Assembly: GCA_039804105.1 (NCBI GenBank)
Contig: JBDRZU010000001.1
Coordinates: 384,001-448,000 of the forward strand
Source of the DNA: a candidate division WOR-3 bacterium
GTDB lineage: Bacteria; Hydrothermota; 32-111
Reading direction: 5' to 3'
DNA length: 64,000 nucleotides
The notes under the pieces: generated by a model
Seen by the model: only the letters and a program-made list of their open reading frames with translations
What the model was told of the DNA's origin: nothing
Database searches by the model: none
Program-made: the position numbers and the translations under genes
Shown: positions 20,303 to 29,857 of the stretch, piece after piece
Numbering within the stretch: the stretch's first letter is position 1
Layout of the letters: each line of letters starts with the position of its first letter

Positions 20303-21107
20303 CCTGAAAAATTTTACTGAAGAAATCATATTGAAATATGTCCTTTCGAATCTGGTTTTCAAAAAACTGGTATATTTTTTCAAGTGTAAACCCAGATGCA
20401 TCATAAAAATAAATTCTATGTTTTCCTTTTTCAAACCTTGTGATCATCAAAACAGGAGTTAGTTTAAACTTTCCGATGATGTTGAACCATCCGGATGGCA
20501 ATTCCTGTTCAATACCAAGAAAATTTATTTTTTTCGTTGTGAGATTGTTCAACCTCTGATCGATCATAAATGACAAAATCCTTCCTTCCTCTATGTGTTT
20601 TCTATAAACCTCAGTTGGAGAACTTTTTTCTATAAGCTTTATCCCATATTTTACTCTGATAGAGTCAATATAACTATAAAACCATTCGTCTCTTTTTTGA
20701 TAAACAATGGAGATATTGTATCCTTTTCTCTGCAACACTTGTCCCGCTACTTCCCAATTGCCATAATGCACAGAGATTAAGGATATCTTTTGATTTTTTC
20801 GTTTTAAATTTTCAAGTATTTCTAAATTTTCTATCTCGAATCTTCTTTCATCTGGATCATGAAACATAAGATATAAATTTTCAACAAGAAAAGCTGCACT
20901 GTTGAAGTATATCTTTATTGAAAATTTTATACGATACTTCTTCAAATTCTCTTTTACTCTCTTTTTACTTTTTATTCCAAAATTGTAAAACAATACAGAA
21001 ACCAATTTTGATATGATTATCAATATCTTTAAAGGCAAATATTTTAAAAGAAAAAGTGAAACTTTTACTAGTGGATCATTTTTTGAACTTTTCATACAGA
21101 TTCTCAA
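20289..21107 (-). CDS. LpxL/HtrB-family lysophospholipid (lipid A) acyltransferase
   Basis: HYGNWE motif, MIDQ, FLG; lies beside the lpt genes. Confidence 0.8.
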   Translation of the reverse strand: MRICMKSSKNDPLVKVSLFLLKYLPLKILIIISKLVSVLFYNFGIKSKKRVKENLKKYRIKFSIKIYFNSAAFLVENLYLMFHDPDERRFEIENLEILENLKRKNQKISLISVHYGNWEVAGQVLQRKGYNISIVYQKRDEWFYSYIDSIRVKYGIKLIEKSSPTEVYRKHIEEGRILSFMIDQRLNNLTTKKINFLGIEQELPSGWFNIIGKFKLTPVLMITRFEKGKHRIYFYDASGFTLEKIYQFFENQIRKDIFQYDFFSKIFQDDNC

Positions 21108-22185
21108 GAATACTCTTTTTAACTTTTACCGATTTATATTGACACACCTCAACACAACAATAACAGGTTATACATAACCTTTCTCTTACATGTGGATATC
21201 CATCAACTATATTTATTGCTCTCGCTGGACACGATTTAAAACATTTGAAACATCTTTTACAGTTTTCCGTTATGATAAATGGATAATTTGCAGTAAAATG
21301 TTTTACGAACTTTTGCTTAGCAAAATTCAAAGAAACTTTAAAACTGTTCCTGTCTGGCATTTTCATATTCAATTTATGATAATTTCCAATCACTTGATAG
21401 TTCCGATCGTAAAGACCATTTTTTATCGCAATCTTCAAAAAAGGTACATCATCGGTTTTTAAATCAAGAAGCGATGCAACAAAGTCATCAAGTACAAACC
21501 CATCCTCCGATACCAACAAAAGTCCTGTCGCAGCATAATCTCCTCCACCAGGGCCATTCCCCTGCATTCCAGTTATTCCATCGATTATGTTGATATCAGG
21601 TTTTATCGTGTTGTAGAGTTTCGTCAAAAATTCTGAAAAACTTTCTGTATCTGGATATCTTGTATGATAATAGAGTTTGCTCTCACCTGGAATCAAACCG
21701 TAAAGGTTTTTAACAGATAATGTTAACCTTGTTAGCATATGTGTTTTCAATTTTGCTATGTTAATTATATGGGGTTGATCTTCCAAAAATTCACTTATTT
21801 TTATTTTGTTTTTGATGATGTATTTTGTCCTATTCAGATTCACAAGACCTATTCCATACCTTTCAGCAATATACATATACCCTGTTTCTCTAAATATCGG
21901 ATCCATATCTTTATGAATCGCTGATGACCCATCTGCTATAATTATCCTTTCTTTTTTAATTCCTTCTGAAAGAAGTATTCTGATAACGGATTCAACAACA
22001 ACTGGATTTGTGGTTATGATATTGAGATTTGAATTGGGTTTTGTTAAAAGATTTGGTTTTAAAACTATTTTTTTTTCGTCTGAAAATTTTTTTAAAAATT
22101 CTAAACTTTTAAAAACTTGTTTTAAATTGGACTCTATCTCTTCAAGGTTATAATCAAAAATTTCAAAAGAAAAAACTTTTTTCAT
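21076..22185 (-). CDS. DUF362 domain protein with C-terminal 2x[4Fe-4S] ferredoxin
   Basis: LKPNLL, KLKTH, KNLYG, DGITGMQGNGP, CKRCFKCFKSCP and CITCYCCVEVC. Confidence 0.9.
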   Translation of the reverse strand: MKKVFSFEIFDYNLEEIESNLKQVFKSLEFLKKFSDEKKIVLKPNLLTKPNSNLNIITTNPVVVESVIRILLSEGIKKERIIIADGSSAIHKDMDPIFRETGYMYIAERYGIGLVNLNRTKYIIKNKIKISEFLEDQPHIINIAKLKTHMLTRLTLSVKNLYGLIPGESKLYYHTRYPDTESFSEFLTKLYNTIKPDINIIDGITGMQGNGPGGGDYAATGLLLVSEDGFVLDDFVASLLDLKTDDVPFLKIAIKNGLYDRNYQVIGNYHKLNMKMPDRNSFKVSLNFAKQKFVKHFTANYPFIITENCKRCFKCFKSCPARAINIVDGYPHVRERLCITCYCCVEVCQYKSVKVKKSILENLYEKFKK

Positions 22186-22652
22186 CTGATGAAATAGATC
22201 TTAACTTTTCTATCAAAAACTTTACTTTCAACTGGCTGAACTTCACTGTTGATTATAACTTCATAATTTTCGACCAACTCTTTTAAAACCCTTTCATCAT
22301 AAATTATAAGATATTTTGGTTTGACGATTTCAAACTCTTCTTCAAGGTACCTCTTACATCTTTTTTTTGCTTCATCCGTAAGTTCTCCATGGATTATAAG
22401 AGAACATCTATAAAGATATGTTATGTATGCTCCATACTTTACTTCCGTTTCATAGAGAGTGAGTAGAGATGATGCTTTCGCAACAAGTTTTGAATCTATC
22501 GAGAAATTATGACTTTCAGGTTCATAACCGATTATCATTATTTCTTGTAAAATATTCCCTGAAAATACCGGCTCTCCATAACTTCTCATGGGACATCCTT
22601 CACAATCTTCCATCTTCTTTAAAAATTTTTTAAACTTTATATCTCTGTCCAC
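22182..22652 (-). CDS. Degenerate family-4 uracil-DNA glycosylase-like Fe-S protein (start probably GTG 22652)
   Basis: CxxC, IMIIGYEP, YITYLYRC, CKRYLEEEFEIVKPK. Lacks the GEAPG and C-terminal HP catalytic motifs. Confidence 0.6.
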   Translation of the reverse strand: MDRDIKFKKFLKKMEDCEGCPMRSYGEPVFSGNILQEIMIIGYEPESHNFSIDSKLVAKASSLLTLYETEVKYGAYITYLYRCSLIIHGELTDEAKKRCKRYLEEEFEIVKPKYLIIYDERVLKELVENYEVIINSEVQPVESKVFDRKVKIYFIR

Positions 22653-23184
22653 TTTTCCCCCTTGAAAAGATACAGCCACAATAATTTTGACGATAAAGGT
22701 TTAACTCTTTTGAGATCTTTACCGATTTTAAAAATCCATCATTCTTTTTTAAATTCTCTTTAACAAACTCCAATCCAAACTCTTTTGCGACTCTTTCACC
22801 AATACTGTTTATAAGATCAACATTCTTATGAGGACTTATCGTTAAAGTTGTAGAAAATATTTTAAATCCATTCTCTTTACAGAAATTTGCTGTTTTTCTG
22901 AAATTCAAAAGATGACATACTTCACAACGTTTACCCATCTCTGGTTCATCTTCAAGACCAACAATATTCTTAAGAAAAATTTCATTTTCATATTCAAGAT
23001 TTTTGCATTCAAAACCATAATGTTTTGCAACTTTTAAAACCTCTTCATATCTTTTTTGAAATTCATCAAAAGTATCCATATTATCATTAACAAAAAGTGC
23101 AAAAACATTGTATGTTTTGCTAAAGTATTCATAAGAGTAAGTCAAATCGGGAGCACAACATGTATGTAAAATTAAATTTTCCAT
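22630..23184 (-). CDS. queH: Epoxyqueuosine reductase QueH (start ATG 23184)
   Basis: LHTCCAPD, EPEMGKRCEVC, FSTTLTISPHK, LYRQNYCGCIFS. Confidence 0.92.
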   Translation of the reverse strand: MENLILHTCCAPDLTYSYEYFSKTYNVFALFVNDNMDTFDEFQKRYEEVLKVAKHYGFECKNLEYENEIFLKNIVGLEDEPEMGKRCEVCHLLNFRKTANFCKENGFKIFSTTLTISPHKNVDLINSIGERVAKEFGLEFVKENLKKNDGFLKSVKISKELNLYRQNYCGCIFSRGKSGQRYKV

Positions 23185-23190
23185 GTTTTT

Positions 23191-23219
23191 ATTATACACA
23201 TAGATAAACAAATATTCAA
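23191..23219 (-). promoter_or_regulatory. Sigma70-type promoter giving a probable leaderless queH transcript
   Basis: TTGAAT-17 nt-TATAAT-6 nt-ATG, with no SD. Confidence 0.65.
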
Positions 23220-23276
23220 GGATGGTTAATGTTGACATTTTACTTTTTAAAAGAATAATAGATAAAGGAGGTCTTT

Positions 23277-23606
23277 ATGAATATATTTGAAAATATCCCA
23301 TTTCAGGAAGAAAATTTTGGTTACAGAAAACTTTTTGAAAACGATTACTGTTTGATACTCCAAATTGCTTTAAATCCGAAACAATCTGTTAAAGAACATA
23401 ATGCTAACTCTTTTCTTACGATAATACCAATCATTGGAGAAGTTGAAATAACAATAAATGGGATTAAATCAAACTTGAAAGAAGGAACATTGTTCAATGT
23501 GAATCTAAACGACAGAATGTTCATTGAAAATACATCAGATAAAAAAAGTTCACTTCTTGTTTTTAAAGCACCACATCCCGATAGTTTTAAAAAAGATTCT
23601 CAGTAA
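23277..23606 (+). CDS. Cupin-domain protein
   Basis: AAGGAGG RBS, small cupin-like beta fold (EHNAN...GEVEITING). Confidence 0.75.
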   Translation: MNIFENIPFQEENFGYRKLFENDYCLILQIALNPKQSVKEHNANSFLTIIPIIGEVEITINGIKSNLKEGTLFNVNLNDRMFIENTSDKKSSLLVFKAPHPDSFKKDSQ

Positions 23607-24720
23607 AATAACTATTTTTGAAAGGTTGTTTAAATCTCTCAACGATGCTATCGTTATAATAGTACTCATTCTCGATCAACCTTTTCAACTTTTGTTCTAA
23701 ATCGCTAACATCTGATTTTGAAATCGCTTCTCCAATTTTGTTACTTTTAATAAAATCGTACAGATCATTTTTGGGGCCAACATAAAGAATCTTCTTTTTG
23801 AACTTTATTCCATCAAGAAGTTTAGAAGAGAATATTGACTGACCATCTTTCAAATTGAAAGGATGCATTATAAGAAAAATGTCTGAAGAAAAAACATACT
23901 TTTGTGTTTCCTTATAATCCATTTCTCCAAACAATTTAACAAAACTTTTCTTCTCAAGATAATTTTTTATTTTTTTATCAACTTTTCCAACAATAAAGAT
24001 TTTTATTGGAGGAGTTATTTTTTCGAATATTTCAAAAAAATCTTTATTGAATCTGAACCTATCAAGTTTACCTGAATAAAGTATAACTTTTTCTTTAAAA
24101 TTTACTTTTTCCAATTGTTGCTCTTCATCATCTAAAGAGTTCATAACAAGATCAACCCTTTTCAGTTTATATCTTTTTTTTATTAGATCTACATATCTTG
24201 GAATGTTTGTCGTGATTTTGCGAAATTTTTTAAATATGATTCTATCAAAAATATAATCAGTAAATCTTATTAATGGGATCTTATAATCTCTTAAAGTTCC
24301 ATCATAATATATATCTCTAACATCAAGTATGAACTTATCAAAATCAGTTCTTTTTAAAAATAAGGATAAAATTAAAGGTAAAGAAAATGGCGGTGCTGAA
24401 ACGATTATTCTATCAAAATTTTTTTTATGTTTCTTTAGATATTTAAACACCTCATAGGACCATAAGAACATAGAATCAGGTAAGGGGTTGAAACTCCTTA
24501 AAAAAGAATTCCCCCTATCAACACTTTTGCCTCTAATGAAAGGATCTTTTATAAAGAGTGTTTTGTGATCCAAAAAAGTTTTTTCAGATGATGTTATAAC
24601 AAGATAATCTATTTTGTTGGAATCAAATAATTTCAGCAATGATAAGAACCTTCTTCCACCACCATAATTATAAAAAGGGTAGAGATAATAAGAGATCACT
24701 AAAACCTGTTTTTTATCCAT
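23587..24720 (-). CDS. GT4-like glycosyltransferase
   Basis: VLVISYY..P...GG.R, PD...W, SAPPFS, DVRD, YSG, SSKLLD. Confidence 0.8.
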   Translation of the reverse strand: MDKKQVLVISYYLYPFYNYGGGRRFLSLLKLFDSNKIDYLVITSSEKTFLDHKTLFIKDPFIRGKSVDRGNSFLRSFNPLPDSMFLWSYEVFKYLKKHKKNFDRIIVSAPPFSLPLILSLFLKRTDFDKFILDVRDIYYDGTLRDYKIPLIRFTDYIFDRIIFKKFRKITTNIPRYVDLIKKRYKLKRVDLVMNSLDDEEQQLEKVNFKEKVILYSGKLDRFRFNKDFFEIFEKITPPIKIFIVGKVDKKIKNYLEKKSFVKLFGEMDYKETQKYVFSSDIFLIMHPFNLKDGQSIFSSKLLDGIKFKKKILYVGPKNDLYDFIKSNKIGEAISKSDVSDLEQKLKRLIENEYYYNDSIVERFKQPFKNSYFTENLF

Positions 24721-25681
24721 TTAACTTTTTCTTCAAAATTTCACCTTGTTTATAAAAATCTTTAACCTTTCCGTTATCACTTGCTAAAATGTAAACCTTT
24801 TTCAATTTTCTAAGATAAATTTTTGCTTTTTCAAAATCTTTTAATTCGTAATTAACAAGAGCCATGTTGTAGTAAACAAAAGATAAGTTCACATAAGTTT
24901 TCGGTTGTTCTATTTCCACTTTTTCTTTTAACTTTTCGAGTAATGGAAGAACCTCGTCATATTTTTTCTGTTCAAGAAGAATTTTTACATGGGTAAACAA
25001 AAACATTCTGTTTTCTGGATAAATTTCTCTTAACCGTTCACATACGATTTCAGCATCCTTATATTTTTTATCCATCTGGTACAGAATAGCAAGCACATTG
25101 TAAGCGGGATATTGAACAAAAATTCCAGAATCAGCAGAAAACTTTATGAGTTTTATGCCATCATCGTTTCCTGAAACAAAAGGTAATTTATCTTTGAATT
25201 TATTTATGAAATAACTCACAACACCTTTTCCAAGATAACTGTCGTACATTTTTTGATCGAGTTCGATTGCCCTGTTAAAATATTTCAATGCAGTTAAACC
25301 TGAATTTATAACTTTTGGGTAATTACCTTTATCCAAGTAAAAGTAAGTCCTATACAGAAAGATACCTCCAATAAAAAAGTTATCGTATGAGTTTGACATA
25401 TCCGCATACTTTAAAACAGAATCAGAACTTGAAAAGAGGATTCCAGACAAAGAATCAGTTTCAAAATCACTCATATAGGTTGATACTATAGTAGATTTTA
25501 GAAAATAATAGAGAACAGGAGAATATTTGTTTCTTATTTTTTCGGTATGTTCAAATGCATTTCTATAATCCTGCTTATATATAAAATCTATAATAGTATC
25601 AACATCATGTTTGTAAACAGGATAAGAATAAACAAAAACAAATAAAATTATAAGAATCGATAAAAGAAAAAATTTTTTCAT
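24713..25681 (-). CDS. Exported TPR-repeat protein
   Basis: Signal peptide and helical TPR-like repeats (FNRAIELD..YDSYLGKG). Confidence 0.75.
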   Translation of the reverse strand: MKKFFLLSILIILFVFVYSYPVYKHDVDTIIDFIYKQDYRNAFEHTEKIRNKYSPVLYYFLKSTIVSTYMSDFETDSLSGILFSSSDSVLKYADMSNSYDNFFIGGIFLYRTYFYLDKGNYPKVINSGLTALKYFNRAIELDQKMYDSYLGKGVVSYFINKFKDKLPFVSGNDDGIKLIKFSADSGIFVQYPAYNVLAILYQMDKKYKDAEIVCERLREIYPENRMFLFTHVKILLEQKKYDEVLPLLEKLKEKVEIEQPKTYVNLSFVYYNMALVNYELKDFEKAKIYLRKLKKVYILASDNGKVKDFYKQGEILKKKLNG

Positions 25682-26610
25682 AATATATTATAGTTAAACC
25701 TTTTCTTGTAATATATGAGTGAAAGAAAAAGTGTAAAAGCACATAGTAATAAAAAGTAAGGGAAAATCAAACCAAGTATAAATGAAACAAAAGGAGATGT
25801 AAACATAACAGACCATTTCACATATTTTTCATTTCTGAAAAATAATGAGATTATGAAAAAAATAAGAGAGTATGAAGTCGTTACAATTGCAAGAGTATCT
25901 TTATTGTATATGCCTGAGACCAAAGCGAGTATCATAAAAAATGTTGAAACGAATAGAGAAGTTTTTATTCCCAAAAGGATTCCTGTCGTTTTCAACCCAA
26001 CCTTTCTATCACCTTCATAATCAAGGATCGTTGTGTTTATGAAAATAGCAGCCATTGAAAACATGTAAGGTATAAAGATTATCAACTGTGGAAAACTATT
26101 TTTAACTGAAAGATAACCGATCATTGAAGCGATAAGAGCATAACCGAAAACATTTGAGAAAAGGTCAAGAAAAGGTCTACTTTTAAAATAAAAAGGTTTT
26201 GCTGAATAAAGATAACCCATAATAAAAGAGATTATGAACAGATTTAAAATTGTTTTTTGAATTTTAAAGTTAAAAAAGATCATAAAAAAACCAATAAGAA
26301 CAACAAAAATAAAAGTTGTGTATGCATTTTTCACACTTATAATCCCTTCCGGCAAAATAAAAAGTTTTTTGTTCATCCTGTCCGTTTCTATGTCTGTGAT
26401 CTGGTTAAGGATATATACTCCCCCCATCAAAAGCGAATACGCTAAAAGAATATAATAAGTTCTGAAATTGAAAACAAAATTGAAAAATTTTATATTCCCT
26501 TCTTCCCTGTAACCAAGATAAACTCCTATGAAATAAAATGTCCACAAAGCAACCTGAATTGTTGGTCTTAAAAGAAAAATATAGTCGATAAACAGAGTTT
26601 TCTTTTTCAT
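25678..26610 (-). CDS. UbiA-family prenyltransferase
   Basis: LLRP, NQITDIETDRMNK (NxxxDxxxD), YSAKP...K, DYEGDRKVGLKT; multiple TM helices. Confidence 0.9.
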   Translation of the reverse strand: MKKKTLFIDYIFLLRPTIQVALWTFYFIGVYLGYREEGNIKFFNFVFNFRTYYILLAYSLLMGGVYILNQITDIETDRMNKKLFILPEGIISVKNAYTTFIFVVLIGFFMIFFNFKIQKTILNLFIISFIMGYLYSAKPFYFKSRPFLDLFSNVFGYALIASMIGYLSVKNSFPQLIIFIPYMFSMAAIFINTTILDYEGDRKVGLKTTGILLGIKTSLFVSTFFMILALVSGIYNKDTLAIVTTSYSLIFFIISLFFRNEKYVKWSVMFTSPFVSFILGLIFPYFLLLCAFTLFLSLIYYKKRFNYNIL

Positions 26611-27449
26611 AATTTTATAACTGGAGAGAATCTCCCGAACCAGTTTGTTATCCTTCCTTTCATATCAAAATGTCCAAAAAGTATAACTGGTCTTCTTGTC
26701 AATAAAGTTTTTAAAGCAAGATTCGTATCAATAATATAGAGAGTATTTCTTGGAATCTCGAAAATATCAAAATCAAGATTATCCGTATAAGATGTAAATG
26801 CTCCTTTGTAACCAGCATCTTTAACCACTTTTTTCACCCGTTCGTTTGTTAATCCATAAGGGTAAAGGAAATAATCAACATTTTTTTTCAGAATATTTTC
26901 AAGTATCTCCTTTGAATGAAAAACCTCTATTTTCAATTTTTCATGGTTCAATTTTCTGAGATCTTTATGGGAAAATGAATGTGAAATTATTTCAAATCCA
27001 TTTTCTTCCATCTCTTTCAACATTTTAACATCCATATGTCTGAATTTCCCAGTTTTTGCATCCCAGACATTCCTTTTACCAATATATCCAGCAACAGGAC
27101 ATAAAACTCCAGTATAAGAATATTTTTTCATTACAGGGAAAGCATACTTATAAACATTTTCATAAGCATCATCGAAAAAGATTAAGATTTTTTTTTCATC
27201 TTGAGAATTTAAAAAATCATCTATCGTTGTTGTTTTAAAACCATTTTTTTTTAAAAATTTCAAATAGTTTTCAAATTGAAAAACGATATTTGATGTTCCT
27301 CCGAATTCAGGATATTTCGAAATCTTATGAAAAGAGATAATATTTTTTGCATATATTTTTTTTTTATAGAATCTAATATACCAATAAATCCAACCATAAA
27401 TATAAAGTATAACAACAAAAAACAACGGCAAAAAATATTTTAAAACCAT
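26607..27449 (-). CDS. Membrane-anchored polysaccharide deacetylase (CE4/NodB)
   Basis: N-terminal TM, FHKI, FFDDAY, SHSFSH, YPYG. Confidence 0.88.
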   Translation of the reverse strand: MVLKYFLPLFFVVILYIYGWIYWYIRFYKKKIYAKNIISFHKISKYPEFGGTSNIVFQFENYLKFLKKNGFKTTTIDDFLNSQDEKKILIFFDDAYENVYKYAFPVMKKYSYTGVLCPVAGYIGKRNVWDAKTGKFRHMDVKMLKEMEENGFEIISHSFSHKDLRKLNHEKLKIEVFHSKEILENILKKNVDYFLYPYGLTNERVKKVVKDAGYKGAFTSYTDNLDFDIFEIPRNTLYIIDTNLALKTLLTRRPVILFGHFDMKGRITNWFGRFSPVIKL

Positions 27450-28612
27450 CTTCTCAATCTATCTTGTTTATGATTACTCTTCTCTTCAATCTTTTTGTAA
27501 TAGAATTCGAGAATTTCATTGGAAATGTTTTCCCATGAAAATCTTTTCACAAATTCAAGACCATTTTTTTTCAAATTCTCTTTCAATTCCCTGTTTTTCA
27601 GGACTTCAATAATCCCATCAGCAAGTTCTTTTGGATCTTTTGGTTTAACAAGAAAGCCGTTATACTTATGTTTTATCACCTGTCTGTATCCTCTTATATT
27701 ACTTGCAACAACAGGAGTTCCAGATGCCATAGCTTCAAGTAAAACGATTCCAAAACTTTCTCCGCCTGTTGCTGGAGAAACAAAAACATTTGCGGTACTG
27801 TAATAAAGTGGAAGCAAAGACCAATCAACATAATCCTCAAAAACAATATGTTCTTTTGCTTTCTCACTGATTGACAATTCATAATATTTTTTCAAAAATC
27901 CCTTACCAACAACTATCAATCGAACATCAGATATTTCTTCAATAATATAATCCATCGCTTTATAAAGAAATTTTATACCTTTTCTTGGATCCTGTCTTCC
28001 AACGAAAAGTATGTTTATCCTTCCATCAATATAGTTTTCAAGTTTTGGATTTGATGGTGAAAATCTTTTGAGGTCAACTCCATTTGGAATAATCGTGTAT
28101 TCTCCCGGGAAATATTTATAAACCGATCTTTTTGCTTCCTCGGAAACTGCAATAACTCCATCCAATCTTTCAAAAAATTTTTTTAGAGGGGATCTCAACG
28201 CTTCATAACCAATAGATCTATCAAAAGCAGCATGGAATGTTATTATGTTTGTTGAATTAGAAAAAAACAATGTTATCAAAGGAAGTGTAGGTGCCAACGC
28301 ACCGTGTATGTGAATTACATCATACTTCTCTCTCTCAAGAAGATTTTTAATATCGAATATCATTTTGATTCCAACTGACACCTGTGCAAATGATTTATTG
28401 GCGGGTATTGAAATCGAGTATCCAACTCTTTTAATATCGCTACCTTCATTTTTTATCGACTTCAAAATCGGATTTCCTGTTAAAATATGAACTGTATGCC
28501 CTTTTCTCTTCATCTCTATATACAGATGATGGATATGTTCTGAAATGCCACCAGGCAAAGGATAATACATATCTGAGACCATCAAAATTTTTAATTTTTT
28601 TCTTTCAGCCAT
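27440..28612 (-). CDS. GT4 glycosyltransferase, PimA/PigA-like
   Basis: MVSDMYYPLPGGISEHI, SIPANKS, HIH, TFH, IPNGVD, GR.DPRKG, GGESFGIVLLEAMA. Confidence 0.88.
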   Translation of the reverse strand: MAERKKLKILMVSDMYYPLPGGISEHIHHLYIEMKRKGHTVHILTGNPILKSIKNEGSDIKRVGYSISIPANKSFAQVSVGIKMIFDIKNLLEREKYDVIHIHGALAPTLPLITLFFSNSTNIITFHAAFDRSIGYEALRSPLKKFFERLDGVIAVSEEAKRSVYKYFPGEYTIIPNGVDLKRFSPSNPKLENYIDGRINILFVGRQDPRKGIKFLYKAMDYIIEEISDVRLIVVGKGFLKKYYELSISEKAKEHIVFEDYVDWSLLPLYYSTANVFVSPATGGESFGIVLLEAMASGTPVVASNIRGYRQVIKHKYNGFLVKPKDPKELADGIIEVLKNRELKENLKKNGLEFVKRFSWENISNEILEFYYKKIEEKSNHKQDRLRRWF

Positions 28613-28613
28613 A

Positions 28614-29435
28614 TTACTCCCACCTCATTGAAAAAGCAAACCATTCTTCAGGTTTTCTTTTGATCACATCGACTAAAACTTTTAAACCATTTTCAGCATA
28701 CTTTTTCAGATTCTCATCTTTTTCAACTTCTATTATTAAAGCAATATATCTATACTTTTTATTTTTTCTGTAAAAAAAAGTTCCAAACATTATATCCCTT
28801 GAAAATTTTTTACCAAAATAAAAGGGACCTTTGGGAATAAAAACTTTTGAATTTCCAAAATCACAAAGTGTTCCTGTCTTTGTTATATCTCTATCGAACA
28901 GAAGTACCGGGATATATCCCATCTGCAAATGTTCTTCAAGTTTTAATATTGTTTTTGGATCTTCAAGTGGGAATATTTTCATACCAGTTAAATTTCTAAA
29001 TCTCAACAGAGCCCTGTATTTTGCTTCACCAACTCCTTTAAATTCAGCAACTGATACACTATTTTTAACAAGGTAACCAAAAATTATACCCGCCAACTCC
29101 CAATTCCCATAATGTGCCGTTATCAGAATGTATTTGTGATTCTTAATTCTTTCAAGATCCACATTACTCAAATCGGTTATTTTTAAAATGTAATCCTGTT
29201 TCAAATAATAAGATTTTAATAGATCAAAATGGTTTCTTACCATGTTTACAAAAATCTCTTTCAAATTGAAATCAAATATCCCTATCCTGTTGAGATTTTT
29301 TTTGATACTTTCAACTCTCCAGTTGTTTGAAAAATATATAAGATTTCCTATGACATAAGAAAAAAAATCTATAACTTCATACGGAACAAAATACAAAAAT
29401 ACACTCATAATCCTGAAATAGTAGTAAGAGATCAT
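28614..29435 (-). CDS. LpxL-fold acyltransferase, PatA (PIM acyltransferase)-like
   Basis: HYGNWE, VAE, R..R, DRDI, FG...PKGP, PEEWF. Lies directly upstream of the PimA-like GT. Confidence 0.8.
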   Translation of the reverse strand: MISYYYFRIMSVFLYFVPYEVIDFFSYVIGNLIYFSNNWRVESIKKNLNRIGIFDFNLKEIFVNMVRNHFDLLKSYYLKQDYILKITDLSNVDLERIKNHKYILITAHYGNWELAGIIFGYLVKNSVSVAEFKGVGEAKYRALLRFRNLTGMKIFPLEDPKTILKLEEHLQMGYIPVLLFDRDITKTGTLCDFGNSKVFIPKGPFYFGKKFSRDIMFGTFFYRKNKKYRYIALIIEVEKDENLKKYAENGLKVLVDVIKRKPEEWFAFSMRWE

Positions 29436-29857
29436 TTTCCTGTATGGCCAAATCCGCCATCCCCTCTTTTTGTGTTGTTAACCTTATCTTCAATAAAATT
29501 TGCTTTTTCTACTTTTGATAAAACCATCTGCGCTACTCTCTCTCCTTTTTTTATACAAAATCTTTCTCTGTTAAGGTTGAACATTATGATTTTTATTTCA
29601 CCTCTATAATCTGAATCGATCGTTCCAGGAGTGTTTAAAATCAAGATCTTATTTTTTAAAGAGAATCCACTTCTTGGTCTTATCTGTAACTCATAGCCAG
29701 AAGGTATTTCTACTTTTATTCCTGTTGGGACTAACGAAACATCGAAAGGTTCTATACAAACATCCTCAGATGCAAATATATCTGCACCCGAAGAACCATC
29801 TGTCATATATTTTGGTAAAAAACCATTTTCTGTGACTTCAATTTTTATATCTATCAT
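29432..29857 (-). CDS. dut: dUTP diphosphatase
   Basis: PRSG, NTPGTIDSDYRGE, RGDGGFGHTG. Confidence 0.97.
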   Translation of the reverse strand: MIDIKIEVTENGFLPKYMTDGSSGADIFASEDVCIEPFDVSLVPTGIKVEIPSGYELQIRPRSGFSLKNKILILNTPGTIDSDYRGEIKIIMFNLNRERFCIKKGERVAQMVLSKVEKANFIEDKVNNTKRGDGGFGHTGK

